From Octopus vulgaris (lineage: Eukaryota), in contig OX597826.1 of NCBI GenBank assembly GCA_951406725.2, positions 72,664,001 through 72,728,000 of the forward strand: 64,000 nucleotides of DNA. Direction: 5' to 3'. A program made the translations under genes and the position numbers. Of this stretch, positions 56,074-64,000 are shown in pieces. Numbering within the stretch: position 1 is the first letter of the stretch; the number at the start of each line of letters is the position of its first letter. The notes beneath the pieces were generated by a model. It was not told where the DNA came from. It did not search any database and saw only the letters and a program-made list of their open reading frames with translations.

Positions 56074-58746
56074 TGCACGTATAGTGTTGTGGTTAAGCAG
56101 TTCAGTCTGTTACTATGTGGTTCTGGGTTCAATCCTACTATACAGGAGCCTGTTTTATATATGTGTATATATCTGTATGTGTTTGTGTGATTATGTTCGT
56201 TAGTGAAAACTTTTATCATCGTTCTCATTTAGTCAAATATGATACCTTTTTTTTTTTTTTTCTATAAATAGAAGTTGATAAAATAAGCATCAGTCTGAAA
56301 TAAGTACTTGGCTTGATATGAATGTCTAAAACTCTGGAAAGTGATGCCCCAGCATGACTACAGCCCAATACCTGAAATCAGTAAAAGATACTGCTCCCCC
56401 ACCTATCTCTCTCTCTCTTTCTTTCTAATCTCAAGTTGATATTACCTAGAACCAACATGCTAAATCCCATCCATTTTAATCCATTTAAAAAACCCATCAT
56501 TTTATAGGCACGGTTACTGTCGTTTATCTTTAAAGCTTTTACTTCACTTTCGCTTTCATATGATGCAGGATTTTGTGAAACTTTTGATAGATTGCTTCTG
56601 AATAGTTAAGAGAAAAATATCAGGGCCTGTGATTTTCGTAGGTCCTTACAGATTGGTAAGAATGACACAAATCATGCCCATCCTGAATATTTGCAGGTTA
56701 TACATACTGGATAAACTTGGGTCACATCTGGTATGCAAGTTCTCAACAAAGTGAACTCTGCTAAAGATGCTCAAGAAGGACTAGGCTGTGAACCTTTAAC
56801 CCTTTGGCTCCACAGATTGCTTAAATTTGGGCTCTTTGGATTTTTAGGGCTTCCTTTATGTATTTTGTCTCACAGTTCACTTTGTGTGTGTGATTCTTTA
56901 AACTGTTTTGTAAGGCAAGGCAACTTCCCAGTTACATGTTTTCAAGTTCAGTCCCACTGTGTGGTACCTTGGCCTTGGGCAAGTCTCTTTTACTATTGCC
57001 CTTAGGCTGAATAAAGCCTTGTGAATGTAGATTTCATTGATGGAAATGGAGAGAAGCCTGTCATGTGTGTGTGTGTGTGTTCTTGGCATTGCATGACAAT
57101 TGTAAATGAGTGTCACTGTCATACAGGCAGTCTTTCATTTCCAATATTCTACCCTCTTCCCCAAACTTTCTAGCCTTGTGCCAGAATTTGAAACCAATAT
57201 TCTGCAAAAACATGTCTGGCCATGGGGAAACATTATCCTGCTTGGAAACAAGTGAGGGTTAGTAACAGGAAAAGCATCCAGCTGTTAAAAACTTGCCTCT
57301 ATGAATTTTGTCTAATCCATGCTAGCATGGAAAAGAGGACGTTAAAACGACGATGATGATGATAATGATATTCTATGCTTACATAAGTGGTAGAGTGATG
57401 GTGGAGCAAAGATTTTTACAGTTGGTTGTCTTTTCTACCACTTACCATTCAACCAGGAAGTAAGATGAGAATCAGTTTTTTTGTTTTTTTTTAAATCTAT
57501 CAGAATAGTAGGTATGAAACATACAAGTTTATGGACAAACAGAAAAATTTAACCTAAAACTGACAAATAGAAGTTTGTAACAAGATTAAATAATAACTAT
57601 ATTGTAGACCCCAAGGTTCAAAAACAGCAAAAAAACAAAACAAAGATTAAAAATCCTCTTACCCTCTGAGGTCTCATCAATCACTTAATTCCAACAGTTG
57701 TAATAGAACTGTATCAGTAACCAATTCGCAGAAGTGCACTGAAGATTTTTGATACCAAGAAATAAATATAAAATAAACACACCTCAGGTTTATGTGTGTT
57801 CTTTAAATGTCTAAAATGGCTCTTCCACAGTGTAATTGCTTCGGTTTCAATATAATGGTTTGAGATCAAGTTGCTTGCCAACAATTGTGAAGTAAACTGT
57901 TTTATTAACACTGCAGTTGTATGGCTTTTCAAATTTGTTAAATTTAATCAATACAGTGTTTCAAAATAACCTCAAGCACCTCTTTAATACATACACGCTT
58001 GTGCACACACACACCCACACACACATGCACATCCACACCCACACACATCCACACCCACACACATCCACCCACACACAGAGTCCTTGTCTTGTGAATGAAT
58101 TTGATAGTTGAAAATGAGCAGATGCGTACCATACATGTGTGCGTGTGTTTTTCATTTCTTGATGATTAGTGTTGGTTTGTTTGCATCCCTGAATAATAGC
58201 AGTCAAGCAAAAAGAAACCAAACATAAATGTAAGAACTGGAGGTGGTTTCATTGACTAAATCCTTCAAGGTAGGACCTCACAATGGCTGCGGTCCAGTGA
58301 CTAAAGCAAGTAAAAGAGAGTGTGTGTGTGTGTGTCTTCACACATACTGTCACACATTCTCTCTCTTTATATATCATGATGTTGATATATCAGATGGTGT
58401 TATACATCACTGGTCACAATGTGCTTTGCATTGTCTTAGATTTCGAATGATGCTACCCTGCTGGCTAGGTGAGCAGGCCAACATTCCCCACTTAATCAGA
58501 AGGCTAATCCATCATATACCCATCTACAGCTGAGTGGACTGAACAACAGGAAATAAAGTGTTTTGCTCAAGAACACAACACGCTGCTTGGTCCAGGAATC
58601 GAACCCACAGTCTTGTGTGTGTGAGTGCAATGGGGCTCTCAAGAACTCAAATATGTGTCCACTGCATCTTATAGCAGAAACAACTGTAAGCTAATGAGGT
58701 TCACTTAAGATAATCATTTATTCCTTTGTCATCTTATTTTCTTTTA

Positions 58747-58797
<51 letters not shown>

Positions 58798-58799
<2 letters not shown>

Positions 58800-59005
58800 C
58801 ATTCAAAATCTGACCGCATGTGTATTGTTGGCAATTTTCTTTCCTGTCTTCCCTTCCTAGGATCTTTCTTTTTCCTATGTTTCTGACGAAGAGCTCCGCT
58901 TGAAACATTAAATCCTCCTTCTTTCTTTCTTTCCTTTCCTCAGCGTCCAATAACACTATACTTGTTCCACGTCCTCACGTTGTGTTTTCATGTTTGGATT
59001 AACTT
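58798..59005 (+). mobile_element. probable Penelope-like element terminal fragment in a (TA)n tract, with a degenerate hammerhead ribozyme core (58883-58910)
   Basis: CTGACGA-AGAGC-TCC-GCTT-GAAAC matches the CUGANGA-stemII-GAAA core. It is flanked on both sides by (TA)n, a typical Penelope insertion context. Confidence 0.55.
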
Positions 59006-59342
59006 TATATATATATATATATATATGTTAATTTGTAGTGTTGGAGCACCACTGAAAAGCTTCTTGTTTGTATAATGAATAAAAGTGGGACACACCCTTG
59101 TGCCTGGTTTTCAGAATATTTAGAAGAATAACCTTGGAAACTGATAAAACGCTTGTCATTTATACACTGCTTCTACTGTGATTCCTACGTGTATTCAGTA
59201 GCTGTTTACAGTCAAGTGGATTGAGTCATTGAGGGTTGAATGTCTTTCTCAGGCACAGTGCTAAAAAGTTTGAGGCTATACTTTTGATTTGGCCAACTGT
59301 GCTGCTATGATTACTAATTAACAATTTGGTTGGAGCTAATGA

Positions 59343-59841
59343 CCCTCACAGAGGTAATGACAAGTGACCGAGACCTTTGGAGATATGCTGTGCTTCAGAA
59401 GACTCAGCAAGCCAAGTGAGACTGTAGTCATGGCCTATGCCAGTGTTGCATAACCGGCCCATTTAAGAGTACCCGTCAGTCATTGGGCAACATACTGTGC
59501 TTGAGAAGACCTGTTGAGTCAAGTGAAATCATTGCTATGGCCGATACCAGTACTGCCTGGCTGGCACATAAAAAGCACCATTTGACTGTGGTTGATGCCA
59601 GTGCCCCCTGACTGGCTTCCATGCTGTTAGCACATAAAAAGCACCATTCCAGCGTGGTCAATGCCAGTTGCACATAAAAGGCACCCACTACACTTGAAGT
59701 GGTTGGTGTTAGGAATGGCATCCAGCTGTAGAAACCTTGTCAGATCAGATTGGAGCCTTGCTTGCCAGTCCTCAATCAAGGCCGTCTGACCCATGCCAGC
59801 ATGGAAAGCGGACCTTAAAAGATGATGATGATGATGATGAT
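59343..59841 (+). mobile_element. 5'-truncated RTE LINE (ORF C-terminus plus 3' UTR)
   Basis: LTEVMTSDRDLWRYAVLQKT, then tandem 'ggcacataaaaagcacc' subrepeats and a (GAT)n tail. Confidence 0.9.
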
Positions 59842-62605
59842 TCCCTTCTGAGTTATATATGACTCTCTATCCGCGCACACAAAACTGCTAAACATTAGAA
59901 CTCTCTTCTTTATCTGTCACCACTGATCAGTTCATTTTACTTTGGTTTTAAATGTCAGCGAAATGTATATTTATGATATTTTTGTATTTCTCCCTCTTCA
60001 CTAGTGACACACCGGTGGCCTTCATGGCTTGCCTTTACATGAACTTCTACTGGAAAACAGCATATAATTGACTCTGCCTCTGGTTGACATTTTATTGTTT
60101 GTTGTTGCTATGGAGACAATATAGAACACCACCCTTTTAGGGAGCAGTAAACAAAGACGGTGCTTGTTGCTGGTTACAGAAATTGTTATGAAACTCAGTG
60201 GAAGGTCAATTGAGTTCGGTCAAACAACAGAGGCTCAACAGTATTTGTTTGATCTCTTCTGGAATAAATTAGAGTAAATCGTTAGCAATCAGTGCTGATC
60301 TGTGTCAGGAGATGGCTGCACAATTAATGTATGAAGCTAGATATGGTGTGCTTGTTTAAAACCAGTTTAACCCTGATCCAGCAAACCCATGATGGAGAGG
60401 TTCTGGACATGGCCATCTCGACTTTTATTCAGATGCAAGGTATTTGAGACAACATTGCCTCATATGTACTTCCTTGTTCAGTTCTTTTCTGACAGAACTA
60501 TAGTGAAATGGGTTCCATTTATGACCATCATGTCTTTCATTCAGACATTATTTCGGACTACATTGTTGATTGCATCCTTTCTTATTATTGTTATTTGTTC
60601 AGCCTAACATCAGCCTTAGTCCAGCATCCATCCTCATTGTCCTATGTTCATCAACGGTAGCAGCACCACTGTTCCCCATAAAGGTCTTAAATATGGTTCA
60701 TGTGTAACCATGGTTCATCTTCCTATGTGTCAGTACCCAGAGGATGACTTGGCTGACATGTAACTCTGGCTATCTAAACTGCAGTCATCTTCTTATTTTG
60801 TTTGTCAGCTGGAGGAGGTTGTCTTGGATTTGCCATCTGGAGCATCTGAGTTTGGCAGCCTTTGAGATACTTAGGTGTGGACCTAATCAGAGCACAAGTT
60901 TTGCATCTACCAAAAAGGGTGGGTTGTATGTATGAAGATTCTCTTCTTGAGTTGATGAAAGAGGTAGATCTAGATATTCTTTTTATCACTGAAAGTTTTT
61001 CAGGTAAGACTTTCATGTCTTTCTTCAAGCATGCCTTGCTCTGAATAATCTGGAGTTAATGAAATCAGAAACATGTTTGAGCACCTTGCAATCATATCTT
61101 GAACAGCTTGGCCTTGAGCTGTTGCTTTATTTTGTTGCATTCAGTCTCTGCCACTGAGAGAAGGGCCTAAGTATATGTGATTTAATCTAATAGCAAAGCA
61201 GTATTGTTAACAACATCTAGATGAGTAAGTGTTGCCAGACCAACCATTCTAGACTTTCTTGGTGAAATTGTAAAGTTCAGCTTCTAATATCTAGGACCAA
61301 GTTATCTGTGTCCTTATTTTTAAAATATAGTTGGGTAAGATTTAAGAAAGATTTAACAGCCTTGTCAGGCCAGATGATCACATAGTGGCCCTCTAGTTGG
61401 CTTGAAACGTGTTCTGTGAAGAGAAGAAAATGTAGTGTTTGATGAGTTGGATTGCATTGTTAAATTGCCTATTTGGTCATGCTGCAGCAGTCTGTATCCA
61501 TTTATTAAATACTCTTTAGAGTAGCAGATGTTGCACTGTAGTATTGTTTAACTCTGTTTTAATGGGAGAACGAGAATTAAGGTGGGTCAAGTGAGTGTTT
61601 TAAGAGGAGCTGACCATTGAAGGGTTTCAAATTCAAATCAAGTGACATTGTATAGCCTTCCTTCTTGGGGACAATGGCAATGACTAATAGCTACTAGGTG
61701 TTATTGGAGACAGTGCTGGCGACTGTTGGGAACAGTGAGGAAGTAGACACCCTTAGACACAACTTCTGTAGTCATTAGATGTCTACAATGTATACCTTAC
61801 ATATAAATTATGCATGCATCCATACTATGAAAGCATATGTAAAACTCAATGATGATAATGATGGTGTGTGTGTGTGTGTGTGTGTGTTTGCACACATTTC
61901 AGTATATGCATGTCTGTGTAAACTAATGTGTTAAGTTTTGTCCCTTTATGTCAAATCAGTAACCTAGCCAGTCAATAAATAGAGATCGATAAAATACTAA
62001 ACAGAACTAAGTACTGGAGTGGATATGATTGGTTAAAAGCTTTCAAGATGCTGCTTCAGCAGGGTAGCAGCAGCTCAGTAAGTCATTTCCTGGACTAGAT
62101 TCATTCATTAAGATGATTTTTTTTTTCGAGTGTAAGATTAATTAAATAAAATTTCTACGTTTACTACATCAAAGAATGCTAATACCCACTTTACTATATG
62201 TATATAGCAACTGTTGAGGGTTTTCGTCTTTTTTTCTTTTCAATTTTCAGTCTCACAAAAGAAATTATAAGTCATTCAGTGTCACGTCACTTTGTTATCT
62301 GCCTTAATCTTTTTAACTTGTAAATCACTTAACCCATGCTTAGATTCACTTGTGTACACACACACACACACACACACAGTGGTTGGGAGAAGGTACAGAT
62401 GCTGTATATTTTAACCCTTCTAAAATATGTTATTAAGCAGAGTTCAAAAGAACTACATATGATGAAGATTATTATAATATAACCGAACAGATCCTCACCC
62501 AGTCTTGGAATTTAGAATGGCATTCCTAGGCTGCTTGCCAAAATTACTACCAGCTACACTTTTTCATTTTTGTAATTCTTCTTTTTCTTCTTCTTATTAT
62601 TATTA

Positions 62606-63605
62606 AGGCAGTGAATTTGCAGAATTGTTAGCACATTGGACAAAATGCTTAACAGCATTTCTTCTGGCTCTTTATGTTCTGAGTTCAAATCCCACTGAGA
62701 TCAACTTTGCTAGTCATCCTTTTGGTTTCAATAAAGTACCAGTCATGTATTTGGGTTGATATAATCAACTTACTCCCCCACTACCACCTTCAAAGTTGCT
62801 GGCCTTGTGCCAAAATTAAAAAGAATAATTACCACCTGACTGGCATGTAAAAAACACCATTCAAGCATGACCGATACCAATGTCGCCGGCCTGATGACCA
62901 ATGCCAATGCCACTGGACCGACTCCCGTGCTAGTGGCATGTAAGAGCATGACCGATGCCAATTCCGCTGGACTGACTCCTGTGCTGGTGGCATGTAAAAA
63001 ACAGTGCTAGCGCCTGTGTCAGTGGCATGTAAAAAGCACCATTCAAGCGTGGTCAATGCCAGTGCCACCTGACTTGGCCCCATGCCGGTGGCATGTAAAA
63101 AGTACCCACTACAATCTTGGAGTGGTTGGCATTAGGAAGGGCATCCACCTGTAGAAATCTTGCCAGATCAAATTGGAGCCTGGTGCAGTTTCCTGGCTTG
63201 TCAGTCCTCAGTTAAACTGTCCAACCCATGCCAGCATGGAAAGAGGATGTCAAACGATGATGATGATGGTTATTGGGATTGTTCGGATTGGCAAAATCAT
63301 TGAAGTGTTGGACAAAATGCCTTGTGGTATTTTTGCTACAACTCTTAATGACTTGAGTTCAAATCCTGCACCCTCTGGTGTTGCTTATATAAAATACCAG
63401 TCAAGTACTGGGGTTGATGGTATTAACTTCACTCCCTACCTCATCAAAAGTGCTGGCTTCTCACCTAAATTACAAGCAATCATTATTAGGGTGGAGATTG
63501 GCAGAATTGTTAGAACTTTGGATAAAATACTTTGTGATTTTTTTTCTAACTCTTTATAGTCTGAGTTCAAATCCTGCCAAAGCTACTTTTGCATTTTGTT
63601 CTTCT
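62606..63605 (+). mobile_element. family B SINE copies (62606-62830, ~63285-63605) flanking an RTE 3' end (62836-63268)
   Basis: Homology to the copies described above. Confidence 0.8.
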
Positions 63606-64000
63606 AGAGTTCATCATCATCATTATATGTCTGTTTTTCATGCTGACATGGGTTATATGGTTTGACAGGAGCTGGCAAACTAGTGGGATGCACCAGGCTC
63701 CAGATGCCTGTCCTGGCATGGTTTCTCCGGCTGGATATCCTTCCTAACATCAACCATTTTTCAGAGTGTACTGGGTCCCTTTTTACATGGCACCAGCACT
63801 GGCACTCCCTCGATACTGCTGGCACGGGTGCTTATTATGTGGCACCAGCATGGATGCTTATTACGTCCTGCTGGCAAGGGTGCTTTCAATGTGGCACCGG
63901 CACAGGGTTAATAAAGCAAAGTAACTTTCAAGCACTGGTGTTGATTTAATTAAAAAAACATTTCTGCACAAATCCTGGCCTTTTGCCCAAATTACTGTTT

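Noticed and set aside
62836-63110. Repeat-spacer-like pattern of 'ggcatgtaaaaagcacc' resembling a CRISPR array
   Set aside because: The DNA is eukaryotic, the spacers are mutually similar, and these are subrepeats of the RTE 3' UTR.

Overview
AT-rich eukaryotic DNA, very probably from an octopus (genus Octopus). I infer this from the dense tRNA/CORE-type SINEs resembling octopus OR-type SINEs, RTE LINE fragments with (GAT)n tails, and long TA/TG microsatellites. I find no credible protein-coding exon. Almost all track ORFs are microsatellite or repeat artefacts, and the rest are decayed transposase/RT fragments. The clearest functional content is the conserved bilaterian muscle microRNA cluster on the minus strand: mir-1 (hairpin ~39196-39273) and, ~22 kb downstream, mir-133 (hairpin ~16806-16889), both with intact arms and correctly spaced CNNC motifs. 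Between them lie a perfect 106-bp fold-back inverted repeat inside a truncated RTE LINE (28537-28757) and a GC/CpG-rich candidate regulatory island (~18400-20400). Two more CpG-retaining candidate islands lie upstream of mir-1 (~46.9-48.5 kb and ~53.9-55.3 kb). The rest is a TE mosaic: mariner/Tc1, hAT MITEs, a Helentron-type HINE, RTE, Rex3/Expander-like, R4/Dong-like and Penelope-like remnants (one with a degenerate hammerhead core), and tandem SINE arrays. I cannot establish a wholly new biological system. The best leads are the perfect hairpin inside the putative pri-mir-1/133, the candidate regulatory and host-transcript architecture, and possible antisense processing.
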